Assembly: GCA_025594325.1 (NCBI GenBank)
Contig: JANHCV010000001.1
Coordinates: 4,216,001-4,280,000 of the forward strand
Direction of reading: 5' to 3'
DNA: 64,000 bases
From: Blastocladiella emersonii ATCC 22665
Lineage: Eukaryota; Fungi; Blastocladiomycota
In this document: positions 33,093-44,460 of the stretch, one piece after another
Position numbering within the stretch: position 1 is the first letter of the stretch
Layout: the number at the start of each line of letters is the position of its first letter
Notes under the pieces: model-generated
Database searches by the model: none
What the model was told of the DNA's origin: nothing
Seen by the model: the letters and a program-made list of their open reading frames with translations, nothing else
Translations under genes and position numbers: made by a program

Positions 33093-33899
33093 CTACGCAG
33101 GCATCGCGCCGGGCCCCGTGGCCACGGCCTGCAGCACGGCCGACTCGTCGCTGCCCTGCTGGTCGGTGGCGGCGCGGACGCAGTTGACGAGGAAGGAGTC
33201 GAACTCGCGGCGCATCAGGTCAATGTCCTGCTCGATGGAGGTGAAGAAGACGGGGACGCGCGACAGCGGCTTGCCGAGCTTGGGCCGGTTGCGCGACTGG
33301 GCTGGGTTCTCGAGCTTGTGCGAGAAGACGAGGAGCTGCGACTCGCGGAGGTTCGGGAACATGGTCGCCCTGGAATCGCGGGAGGTGAGTGAGCTGGTTA
33401 CGAGTTGGCGGGAAGTGAGCGCACCATTGCTCGAGCGCGCGCTCGTGTGCTCTCTCATCGGCGTTCATGACGAGGAGCAGACCGTGGAGGTCGTTGGCGG
33501 CGGCCGGCCAGAACCCGCGGCAGCTACTCGAATTTCGTCAACAAATGAGCGGTGTGCTTGTTGGTGCGGTAAGGACGCCGGACATACCGTTCATCGCCAG
33601 ACAAGTCCCATAGCTCGACGGTCAAGTTATTGTCCTTGGAACCGAGAACGCGCTGGGGAGCCTTGGCGCCGAAGCCGCTGAGGTCGCGCGCAAACTCGAG
33701 GATGCGGACGCCGTTGGTCGGGACGTACTGGCGCACCATGTCCGGGCGGTCCTGTCCAGCAAGCACATCTGAGGGAGCCGCACGGCGTCAGGGAGAGCTC
33801 TGCAGCGGTGCAACTGGCAGGCGTACTGCTCACGACCGACTTGCCCGCGTGGGGTGGGCCGGCAACGAGGATCTTGATGCGGTTCTTGATGATGGTCAT
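33093..33899 (-). CDS. IFT22: Intraflagellar transport protein 22 (RABL5), multi-exon
   Basis: KILVAGPPHAGKS P-loop, YVPTNGVRILEF, ELWDLSGD, QLLVFSHK, MRREFDSFL, colinear with RABL5/IFT22; no NKxD G4 motif. Confidence 0.87.
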
Positions 33900-33966
33900 G
33901 GTTGCATTGAGTGGAGTCCTACGGCTAGTTTTTAAGGAGCAAAACGACCAACCTGCCCAGCCGCGA

Positions 33967-33986
33967 GACGCGTCCCGCGACGCGTC
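33967..33986. promoter_or_regulatory. Tandem ACGCGT (MCB-like) element GACGCGTCCCGCGACGCGTC in the IFT22/RAD54 divergent promoter
   Basis: Read directly from the sequence; 19/20 identical to 17138-17157. Confidence 0.5.
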
Positions 33987-34197
33987 GCTCAATCACGTTG
34001 GGCGGGTGCCATGGCTTTCGCCGACCCCGCCTGCCGTCGCCGTTCGTTCGGTGTGAGTCGCAGGGCCATGACTCAGTGGTTCCACGCTCCTCCCCCCGCG
34101 CTCCCAGTGCCCATGTAAGACAACCCGCATCGGCCCCGCCAGTCGCATCCGCCAACCGTCCCGGCACACTGCAACGCATCGACGCCCGCCACCCACC

Positions 34198-37100
34198 ATG
34201 CCGCCGCGTCGCGTCGCCTCCACGCCCGCGTTCCGCCCGCGCGTGGCGTATGCGCTCTCGTCGGACTCCTCCGACAGCGACTTCTCGTCGAGCGACGACG
34301 AGCCGGCGCCTGCCCCGCCGCCGCGCCTGCGCCGCAACCAGCTGCCCGCCGCGAAACCGCCCGGTGCTGCTGCCGCCCCTGCCCCTGTCCCTGCGCCGGC
34401 ACCGGCCCCTGCTGTCGCGCCCGCCGCTGCACCGTCGACCTCGCGCCGCCTGCGCACGTCCGCGTCGGTCCCGCTGCCCGCCACCGCCTCGAAACCCGCC
34501 TCGTCGCCGCCGTCGATTCTGCCGCCCTCGCTGCACGTGAAACCGGCCGCCGAGGAGAAGAAGGAGGAGGAGCCCATGGATCTCGACCCCGCTGCCGCCG
34601 AGGTCGACGAGCTCGCGGCCGACGACCTGTCCGACGTCGACGAGTTCGCGCCTTCTGCTCAGGACGGCGCGGGCGACGTCGACATGTCGGACGCGGAGGA
34701 GGACGACGCCGAGATCGACATCCTCGACGACGACGTGGTGCTGCCCGCCGACGATGGCGACGAGACCGAGTACGAGGACGGCGATGATGAGGACGATGAT
34801 GTGGTCGTGCCCGCCAAGAAGAAGGCGCCGACGCGGGCCGCCAAGGCCAAGGCTGCTGCTGCCGCACCCGTATCCGCCGCGCCCGCGCCGCGTAACGGTC
34901 TCCGCAAGGCCGCTTCGACGAGCGCGCTCAACATCGACGTGATCATCCCCATCAAGCCGTCGTCGCGCCCGGCGCGCTCGCTGACCACGTCGCCCGTCTC
35001 GGCTGTGGCGACACCCGCTGCGCCAGTGGTGGCGACCCGGACTCGTGCGGCGCCCTCTCGTCGCCCCGTCGTCGTCGATGACGACAGCGACGAGGCCGAG
35101 CAGGAGCCCGAGGCCGAACCCGAGCCAGCACCCGTCGATGACGATGACGGCGACGAGGAGTTTGCCGCGAGCGAGGCCGAGGAGGACGACGACGCCTACG
35201 ACGACCCCGAGGACTCCAAGAAGCGCAAGGCCGGCGCCGCTGCGCCTGCGGCCAAGCCGCCCGCCGCCAAGGCGCTCCGCCCTGCTGCGTCCGCATCGCC
35301 GGCGGCGGTGGGACCAAGACCACTCGGTCTCGGCGGCGGCGGCGGCGGCCGCAGCCCCGGGTCGCTCCTCAAGCCGGGGCTCGGCGCGTCGGGTCCCGCG
35401 GGTGCCAAGCGCCCGCCCCCGCCGCTCGGCGGCCGTCTCGGGACTCGGCCGATGGGGGCTAACGGCCTCTCGCGCCCGACCCCGACGACGTCGCTGCCTC
35501 GCCCGCTCGGTGCACGCTCGGCGCGTACGACCCGCTCGGGTGCTACTCCCAGCTTCGCGCCGCCGCGTCCGCTCGGGCTGGTGCGTTACCCGGAGCCGAT
35601 TGCGTTCGATTTGCCGCTGCGTGTGCTGACCTTACTTCGCGACCAGGGGCCAAGAAACCCGTTGCCGGCCCCGCTCTCCTCGGGCTCGCAGCGGAGTGAC
35701 GACTCGAACGCCGAGAACACCAAGCTCATTGTACGTCGTCACCCTGCGTGGCCCGCCGCCCGCCGAAACTGACTTGCTGCTATCGTAGGAGACGCCGCTC
35801 GGGTACATCCCGCCGACGCTGGTCCGGGAGTACAAGCTACCGACATTCAAAGTCGAGCCGGTTGCCAAGCGCAACCCGATGCGGAACCGAGCGCTCGGGA
35901 TGCGTGCCGGCAAGAAGCCGCCCGCGCGCCCGTTGCACGACCCCGAGGCCGACGGCGCGCTGGTCCTGTGGCACCCGCTCGAGCTCACGGCCGAGGAGCA
36001 GACCAAGGTCAAGGAGGAGGACAGGCCCGTGCACGTCGTCGTGGACCCGCGCCTGTCGCGCATCCTGCGCCCGCACCAGATCGACGGCGTCATCTTCATG
36101 TACCGGTGCGTGACCGGGGTCCAGGTGCCCAACGTCCAGGGGTGCATCATGGCCGACGAGATGGGCCTCGGCAAGACGCTCCAGTGCATCACGCTGCTGT
36201 GGACGCTGCTCCAGCAGTCGCCTGTCGCGGGCAAGGGGACGATCGACAAGGCCATCATCGTGTGCCCGTCGTCGCTCGTGCGCAACTGGGCCAACGAGTT
36301 TACGGTACGTTTCGACGCCGCACTGGCGCCATCGGGCTGCTCACTCACGTCCTCCCCGCGTCCCTCGCGCAGAAATGGCTCGGCAAGGGCACGATCAACG
36401 CGCTGTGCGCTGACAACAAGGGGTCCAAGGAGCAGTCGGTCAAGGAGATCAAGCAGTTCGTGTCGGCGCAGGGCAACATCGCCAACCCGGTCCTGATCAT
36501 CAGCTACGAGTCGCTGCGCCTTTACTCGCCGTACCTCGGGCAGACACCCATCGGGCTCCTGCTGTGCGACGAGGGCCACCGGCTCAAGAACTCGAACTCG
36601 CAGACGTTCCAGGCGCTCAACGCCCTCAACATCCCGCGGCGCGTGATCCTGTCGGGCACGCCGATCCAGAACGACCTGACCGAGTACTTTTCGCTGCTCA
36701 ACTTCTCGTGCCCGGGCCTGCTCGGGTCCGAGACCGAGTTCCGGCGCAACTTCGAGCTGCCGATTCTGCGCGGGCGCGACTCGGACGCCACCGATAAGGA
36801 CAAGGCCGTGTCCGAGGCCAAGCTCGCCGAGATGATCGGGATCGCCAACAAGGTGATGATCCGGCGCACGCAGGAGCTGCTGCAGAAGTACCTGCCGCAC
36901 AAGCAGGAGCACGTCGTGTTCTGCAAGATGGCGCCGGTGCAGCTCGACATGTACACGTCGTACCTCGAGTCGCCCGAGGTCAAGGCGCTGCTGCGCGGCA
37001 AGGACTCGCAGCCGCTCAAGGCCATCGGGTACCTCAAGAAGCTCGTCAACCACCCGTGCCTCGTCGACGAGCACCGCGAGCTCCGGCTCGCCGAGTCGGG

Positions 37101-38172
37101 CAAGATGCTCCTCCTCGAGCGCATGCTGCACAAGATCAAGACCACCACCCAGGACAAGATCGTGCTCATCTCCAACTACACCCAGACGCTAGACGTATTC
37201 GAGCGCATGTGCCGCGCCCGCGCGTGGGGGTGCCTGCGGCTCGACGGCACCATGACCGTCAAGAAGCGCCAGAAGCTCGTCGACCAGTTTAACGACCCGG
37301 CCGGCGGTGGTACGTGGTCCCTACTCTCGTCTGCGTGGACCGATGGTTTGCTGACCATGGCCTCGACCTCGCATTCAGAGTTCGTGTTCCTGCTCAGTAG
37401 TAAGGCCGGCGGGTGTGGCATCAACCTGATCGGCGCGAACCGACTCGTGCTCTTTGGTACTTTCCGCACGGCTTCGCTTCGATGTCGAGCCTCGCTCACT
37501 CTGATTCCCGTGTGTAGATCCCGACTGGAACCCGGCCTCGGACGCGCAGGCGCTGGCCCGAGTCTGGCGAGGTACTCCGCCGCCTCGCGGCCGCGACTGC
37601 TGATCTGTCACTCACCCCTCACCCTGCTTGTAGATGGCCAGAAGAAGACGTGCTGGCTGTACCGGTTCATCGCGACGGGTACCATTGAGGAGAAAATCTT
37701 CCAGCGCCAGTGCCACAAGCAGATGGTATGCGTCGCTCGCGACCTCGCCTCCCCTCGTCGGGCCCCACTAACGACCCCGCTCGCGCACGCGTAGCTCTCC
37801 AACTGTGTCGTTGACGAGGAGCTCGAGGTCGAGCGGCACTTTTCGCTCGATAACCTGCGCATGCTGTTCGTGTACAACGGCAATACGCCGTCCGACACGC
37901 ACGACACGTTCAAGTGTACGGTTATTTGGCTCGCGCACCCCGCTCCTCTGCATCACTGACCCCGCCGCATGATCCCTGTAGGCAAACGGTGCGTCAACGG
38001 GCGCCAGTTCAAGCCGCCGCCGCGCGACAACGTGTCGTCGCGCAACGCGGCCACGGACATGAGTCTGTGGAACCACTTCTCGGCGCTCGACCTGAACAAG
38101 ATGCCGGACCCGATGCTCCGCGAGTGCGGCAAGGACATTGTGTCGTTTGTGTTCCAGAACGAGACGACGTAG
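34198..38172 (+). CDS. RAD54: DNA repair and recombination translocase RAD54 (SNF2 family), multi-exon
   Basis: [91 protein letters not shown]; long acidic/Ala-Pro N-terminal extension. Confidence 0.93.
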
Positions 38173-38385
38173 CGATATCGGCTTTTTATATACAGTAATT
38201 CGTTCCTTCTTCGTCGTCGCGACTCTGACGCGGTTCCTCCTTCGTGATCGCGTCTCTGATGTGGCGCAGGGCCGCACGTGTGGTTGCGACGATCCTCGCT
38301 TCAACCAAGGGAACTGCTTCAACACGGTCGAGGCCGCTTTCCCTCCCAACACCCACACACTTGCAACGAATCACCGCACTCTGCC

Positions 38386-39316
38386 ATGTCAGCACCCCAT
38401 GCATCTCCCGCCTCGGGCACCGCCGACCCGCCAGCAACCGCGGCGCAGCCCAAGTTCGTGATCCAGCCGGGCACCGCGCTCGCGGCCGCGGGCGTCGCGT
38501 TCGCCGTCGGCCTGGGTGCTTCGTGGCTGCTCGCGCGGCGCGGCAAGCTGCCGAACCCGGGCGCCGTCGAGGCCATGATCGAGCAGCGCGCGTCGCCGTC
38601 GTCGCCCGGCGCCGGCGCGGCCGTCGCGTCCCGAATCAGCAGCGCCGCTGCCGCCATGGCGCCCGCAACGCCGACCTCGGCGCCTCCTGCCGCCGCAGCG
38701 ACACGCCGGATCCAGACCAACCGCATCGGTGGCCGCGTGCAGCCCGCGGGCACCATGTCCCCCGCCGCGGCGGCCGCAGCGATCGAGCAGGCGCAGCAGC
38801 GGCCGAGCGCCAAGGACGCGATGAAGCTCGGGTTCCGCGCGGCGCTCGATATCACGGGGTCCGACGACGTGCCGCGGTCGTCTGCTGCCGCGGCAGGGGG
38901 TAAGGCGGCCGGCCCGCCCGATGCCGCCGACATGGTGTACGCGGCCAAGGCCTTCGGGATCGGCACCGCGCTCGCGCTGTCGCTGTTCGGCGTCGGGACG
39001 TGGGCGACGATGAAGGCGCTCGGCGTCAGCGATGTGCGCGCGCTTGCAGGACGGCTCACGCGAAAAGGAGTGACTGACTCGGTCCGTGTCTGTGTAGATC
39101 GCCGGATTCCACCTGCGGATGCGCGAGGTGCTCGGCCTGCGCGTGCTCGCCATCAACGAGTCCCTCAAGCCGCACACCGAGTTCCTGCGCGTGCCCGAGC
39201 CCGACAATGCCGAGGCCGACGACGCGGCCGCGTTCGCGACGCTCGAGCGGGCATGGGACAACGAGGAGGCCGATGTTGACGGGCAGGATGGCGCAGCCGA
39301 GATCGTGGCTGCGTGA
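38386..39316 (+). CDS. TMEM242 (DUF1358)-like two-TM mitochondrial membrane protein
   Basis: TM1 AAAGVAFAVGLGASWLLARR; after intron 39034-39097 the second region reads AAKAFGIGTALALSLFGVGTWATMKALGVSDIAGFHLRMREV, resembling TMEM242 ALRALGWG...VWKALGV...FRSKMQ. Confidence 0.55.
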
Positions 39317-39340
39317 CGGTGTATATACGACTTTTATTTA

Positions 39341-40651
39341 TCAAACCTCAATGAGCTCGAACGCGGACCACGGCGCTGGTGCGTCAGCGCACCCGAGCGG
39401 CTCCTCGGCGTTCGTCAGCGTCGTGGGCACGGTCACGAAGCGGTGTAGCCGGTCGTCGTACAGCACGAACCGGTGCGAGTCAACCATGACGAGCAGCCAC
39501 GACTGCGCGTTCGACCACTCGCTGCCCGCCGAGTTGGTGCGAACCGACCCGCGCGGTGTGCGGCCCGCGAGCCGGAGCCCGTAAGGCCGGCGCGCCGAAA
39601 GTACCACGCGTGGCGGGTGTCGCCGCAGCCGCCGCGCGTCGTCGACGCCGTACTCGTGCTCGCTGTCGTCGTCGCCTGACGACGAGTCCGTGTCGTAGTC
39701 GCTCTCCGAGTCCGAGTCCGAGTCGTCGTCAGAGTCCGAGTCGTCGTCGTCGTCGTCGGAATCGTTGGCGTCCTCGTCGTCCTCGTCGGCCCAGCCCGAG
39801 TCGGACTCGGCCTCTGATTCGGACTCGGACTCTGACGACGCGCCGCCGTCGCTGATCGAGGAACCGAGCGGCGAGTCGGCACCACTGATCCCAGACAAGT
39901 CGACGAGCGCGCCGGGGTTGACGAGGACGAGGCACGACTGCAGGTTGTAGGACGCGGGCTTCCGGCAAAACGCCCAGCGCGCGAGCTCCTTGCCGCCGCC
40001 GTCGGACCGCAACCGGTGCGTGTCGGCGTCGACGAGGACGACCGAGGCGCCGTCGGACCCGATGGTGAGCACGCGTCCGCTGCTCGCGTGGCGCAGGAGA
40101 ACATGCCCGCCGCGCGGGCGGTCGTCCTCGTCGTCGTCGGGGCTCGGGAGGTGCGGCGTGACGAGGTCGTTGCCCGGGTCGTCGTCGCTCGGCGACCACT
40201 TGAACCGCGCGCACGCCGTGATGTGGTTCTGGGTGAGAAACGTCCCCGCGCCGTCGTCGTCGAGCGCGCACAGGAACTGGTGGCGCATCGTGTCCATGAG
40301 TGCGAGCCAGCCGTCGCCGACGCCGCACACGTAGAACTCCTCGGACGGCTGCAGGCCGGGCGGGTCGCTCGGGTCGACGGTCGCGGCGCCGTACGGGTCC
40401 TCGACCGACAGGTACCGGCCCGTCTTGGGCGACGCGAAGCGCACGACGACCGGCAGGTGGCCGGGCGCGCGCGGACTCGCGGCGTGCTGCACGATGACGC
40501 GGTGCGAGTCCACGGGCGTGTGCTCGGCCTCGTCCTTGTCGAGCGTCGCGTACGTCTCGTGGTACGTCTGCAGCGTCGCCTGCGTTCCTGACCGAACGAG
40601 CGGCTGCACGAGCAGCGCTTGCGGCGAGGGGGCGGCGCGCGTGAGACCCAT
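39341..40651 (-). CDS. Uncharacterised protein with possible fascin/beta-trefoil-like repeats and an acidic Asp/Ser tract
   Basis: 436-aa ORF with segments VVRFASPKTGRYLSVE...EEF, WLALMDTMRHQFLCA and VLLRHASSGRVLTIG, plus a roughly 60-aa D/S/E run. Confidence 0.55.
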   Translation of the reverse strand: MGLTRAAPSPQALLVQPLVRSGTQATLQTYHETYATLDKDEAEHTPVDSHRVIVQHAASPRAPGHLPVVVRFASPKTGRYLSVEDPYGAATVDPSDPPGLQPSEEFYVCGVGDGWLALMDTMRHQFLCALDDDGAGTFLTQNHITACARFKWSPSDDDPGNDLVTPHLPSPDDDEDDRPRGGHVLLRHASSGRVLTIGSDGASVVLVDADTHRLRSDGGGKELARWAFCRKPASYNLQSCLVLVNPGALVDLSGISGADSPLGSSISDGGASSESESESEAESDSGWADEDDEDANDSDDDDDDSDSDDDSDSDSESDYDTDSSSGDDDSEHEYGVDDARRLRRHPPRVVLSARRPYGLRLAGRTPRGSVRTNSAGSEWSNAQSWLLVMVDSHRFVLYDDRLHRFVTVPTTLTNAEEPLGCADAPAPWSAFELIEV

Positions 40652-40952
40652 GATGGTTTCGAGATCGGGAGGGCGGGGCGTTCGGTGGCGGTTGGTCGTT
40701 GGTTCGTGACGTTGGCGTTGCTTCGAGTCGCCTCAGAGATGCATGGAGAGAGGACGAGAACAGGTGATGATTGATGGGGACGGGGGGAGAGAGGGCGGGA
40801 ATCCGCGGCCCCTTGACCGCTGCTGCACGACTTGCAGCCGCCGCGCGGGTGACTCGAACGCGAACTTCCTCGCTGATCTCTCCTCTCTCCTCAAGCTCTC
40901 ACGCAAGGAGGGCTCTAGACCACGGTCGAAATCTGTAGAAGCATCTTGCCCG

Positions 40953-41439
40953 TCAACTCAATGCCACAACATCGTCGCTTGCCGTGGTTGACGCGGGCGT
41001 TCGCGATGGCATCAGCAGCTTCTCGAGCGAATCCAGCGAGCACTGGAGCGTCTTGCTCGACCGCGCTGATGCTGCAGCGGCCGTCGCCGCTCCCTACTTG
41101 TCGTGTGAGACTATGGCGAGGAGATAACGCGGTTAAGCCCAGTACCTTGGATAGCTGGTCGAGGGCCGCGTCGGACGCGGCGAACGCCTTCATGGCTGCT
41201 TGCAGTTCCTGCAGAGCCGATAGAGGGACTAAGCACACTGCTGAGAGGGAAGTTGCGAAGTGTGAACGTACATCAGCGCCGCGCCCAGTCCCGATCCGCT
41301 ACAAGACGCGAGCAGCATCAGTCGCGTCCGACTTCGGGTCCAAAACGAGTGCCTGGCGAACCTGGATGGCGCGCTGCAGCTCGCCAAACGTTTTGCGGCA
41401 AGTCTCGTCGATGGGCGCGGACTGCGGGTTGCGTGGCAT
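40953..41439 (-). CDS. Small 4-exon gene (102 aa), BORCS7-like helical protein
   Basis: Exons 41439-41362, 41298-41272, 41208-41146 and 41093-40953; three phase-0 GT-AG introns of 63, 63 and 52 nt. Product: MPRNPQSAPIDETCRKTFGELQRAIQRIGTGRGADELQAAMKAFAASDAALDQLSKGAATAAAASARSSKTLQCSLDSLEKLL...ALS*. Confidence 0.65.
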
Positions 41440-41929
41440 CGTGCTCAGGGTACGGGTTGGAGAGAAGCGGTCCGAGTGCCTCGATGGGACGCGTTGGTCA
41501 AGCGGGCGTGGTCGCCATCACAAGTTCGATCAATTCTGCAGCACACACGGCGCGGCAAGGTTCTCATCGCGCCATCGCCGTGACAACGGCTGAGTCGACA
41601 TACAGGACGACGCGTTCGGCAAACCACGTGTAGGGCATCGAGCCGCCGACCCGTGTCTCGCGGTGGCTTGTCCTTGTGCGAGACGACGCGCGAGCCATCC
41701 GCCATTTCGGAGCTGCGCCACACAATACGCGCACTAATGAACTGACTGACAGGGGCGCGCTGCGGTCTTCGTGCGGAAGTGCATGCGCACTTGTCTCGCA
41801 CCTTCCCGATACGGCCCGGCGGAGAGGTTCTCGCTCTCTCCCTCCCCGCAAACCTTGAGAGGCGCTGGATCGCCCGCCATCCCTCCCTCTCTCTCCGACG
41901 ACACAGCTGGCCTGCTACGCATCGACACC

Positions 41930-44415
41930 ATGAGCGAGTTCACACGAAGCGACAGCACCTTCACCCTCGACGCGGGCGGCGCTGGCGGAGGCGGCGGCGG
42001 CGGGTTCACGGTCGACACCTCGGCCGCCCCCGTCCCTGCCGTCCCTCAGCAACCCGTGTCGACCGAGACCTACGCCGCCTACGCCGCAGCCGCCATGTAC
42101 CAGCAGTCATCGGCCGCACCCCCTGCCCTCTCGACGGGTTCTTCTCCGCAGTCGTACCACCCGTCGCCGACCAACAACAACAGCCCCGACGTGCCGTACC
42201 CGGCGCCATCGGCCGCTTCGCTGCACCGCCGCGGGCCACACCGCGCCGACTCGTCCGCCGAGGACATCTACGGCACGGTTCGCGCCCAACGGCGCACGCA
42301 CGAGGAAGACGACGACGAGGGCCGCGAGTTCAACTGGGAGATTGACAACGGCTTCGACGTGCACTCGCTGTCCGACGACTCGAGCAAGAACAACGGGAGC
42401 CGACGGTGCGGTTTTGTCAGTGCGTGGCTCAACAAGCTGCCGTACTGGCTGCGCTGCCTGCTCTCGGCGCTGTTCGGCGACACGCTCATCTTCGGCCTTT
42501 TGGGTGTGCCCGACCTGCTGTTCGGCATCGAGTACTACGAGCCCGACGGCAAGTACCGCCCCTTCAACGAGTGGACGTCGCCGCTCAACATTGGCGGCAT
42601 GCCGCTGCTGCACTGGTCCATTTACCTGTGCATCTCGTGGACGCTGCACTACCTGACGCTGTTCGTGCTGTCCATTGTCCCCGCGCTGCTCACGCGCATG
42701 CTGGGCATCGCGCTCGGGTCCTACTACGAGGAGCGGCTGTCCGAGTATCTCAACTACTTTCGGGTCATGCACCGCCGCATCACCGTGTCCGTGTGGATCA
42801 TCCTGTCGAACGTCATCTTCACGGCGTTTGTGATCATCCCCGGCTGGCGGTGGAAGCGCATCTTCAAGTCGACGGGCGACGCCGACTGGTTCTGGTTCGA
42901 CTACGTCTCCAAGATCCTGCTCACGCTGTTCGTGTTCCACACGCTGTGGACCGTCGAGAAGCTGCTGCTCGAGATCATTTCCACGCGCTTCCACCGCCGC
43001 GCGTACAAGGACCGCATCAAGGTGTCGCGCGCCGCCAACGGCTTCCTCGAGAACCTGCTCGTGTCGCTGCGCAGCCCGCGCCCGCGCGTCTCCGAGTCGT
43101 CGTCGGGTGGTGGTGCGGCTCACGGTCACGCGCACCGCGGGTCCGTGTCGGCGCAGGGCACGCCCGTCCCGAGCCGCCCGACCAGCCTGCGCCGCGGCTC
43201 GCACGCCGTCCCGCCGCCTCCGACGACTCCCGGTACAGCAACGCCCGCGACGACCGCTGTCAACGACGCCGAAGACGACGAAATGGCCAAGATCAAGAAC
43301 CGCAGCAAGGCCGGTCTGTCGCGCGCGGGGCAGTTCATTGCCAAGCAGGCGGGCAAGACGCTCAACGACCTGGCCGCCGTCGCCGTACTCGACCCGTACG
43401 CGCTGACCTCGGCCTCGAGCATCCCCGAGACGCCCAACAAGGCCAACCTCATGGCGCGCGACCTGTTCACGGCGCTCGCGAAACCCGGGTGCTCTGACCT
43501 CGACGTGCACGACTTCCGCCCCTACTTCGGGTCCGAGCCCGAGGCGCGGCGCGCGTTCCGCTTCTTCGACCGCAACAACTCGGGCGACGTGTCGAAAGAG
43601 GAGATGAAGGCCGTGCTGACCGAGCTGTGCCAGGAGAAGCGCGACATTGAAAAGTCGATTGCCGACGTCACGTCCGCGGTGGCCTCGCTCGACTGGTTCC
43701 TCGGCGCGATCGTCATCTTCCTCAGCTTCATCATCACGTGCAACATCTTCGTGCTGCCGGTCGCCTCGTACATGTCGGCGATCGCCGCGGTGTTGCTGCC
43801 CTCGTCGTTCATTTTCGGGACCTCGGCGCGCGAGATTTTCGAGTCGGCGCTGTTCCTCTTTGTGCAGCACTACTTTGTACGTTTTATTTTCGAGGTCGCT
43901 CCCTGTGTCCAACAGCGCTAACAGTACCCCCTAAATAGGACGTCGGAGACACGATCCTGCTCGACAACACGTACTACACGGTCAAGTCGGTCAGCATCCT
44001 GACCACGACGCTGCAGCGCGGCGACGGCAAGCTCGTGTACGCGCCCAACTCGATCCTCAACAAGAAGATGATCGACAACGTGCGCCGGTCGGGCCACATG
44101 TCCGAGGACGTGGTCATCAAGCTGCACATCAGCACGCGCGCCGACCAGCTCGACGCGCTGCGCCACCGCATGCTCGCCTTCCTCGACGCCAACGCGCGCG
44201 ACTACAAGCCCGCCTTCACGCTCACCATCAAGGAGGTGCTGCTCGCCGAGTCGGCGCTGCGGTGCAAGGTCACCATCGAGCACAACGGCAACTGGCAGGA
44301 GATGGGCAAGCGCGCCGCCCGCCGCAACGCGTACATGTTCGCGCTGCGCCACGCCCTCCTCGAGACGGGCATCATGGCGCCCACGACGGCCGCGCCAGAG
44401 ACTGGTGAGCACTGA
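41930..44415 (+). CDS. MscS-like mechanosensitive channel with EF-hand (fungal Msy1/Msy2 type)
   Basis: Multiple TM helices; EF-hand AFRFFDRNNSGDVSKEE; after intron 43877-43938 the MscS signature reads HYFDVGDTILL...YAPNSILNKKMIDNVRRS. Confidence 0.9.
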
Positions 44416-44460
44416 TTGATTGTGTGAAAGATATACAAATACATGATCTGGTTACATTTG

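Noticed and set aside
42107-43912. 601-aa antisense ORF opposite the MscS gene (also 55046-56695, 35632-37131, 9819-11642, 8694-9569, 61020-62120 and many others)
   Set aside because: Shadow ORFs expected from high GC3 and few stop codons; the translations are Arg/Gly/Ala/Val-rich with no motifs and overlap well-supported genes.
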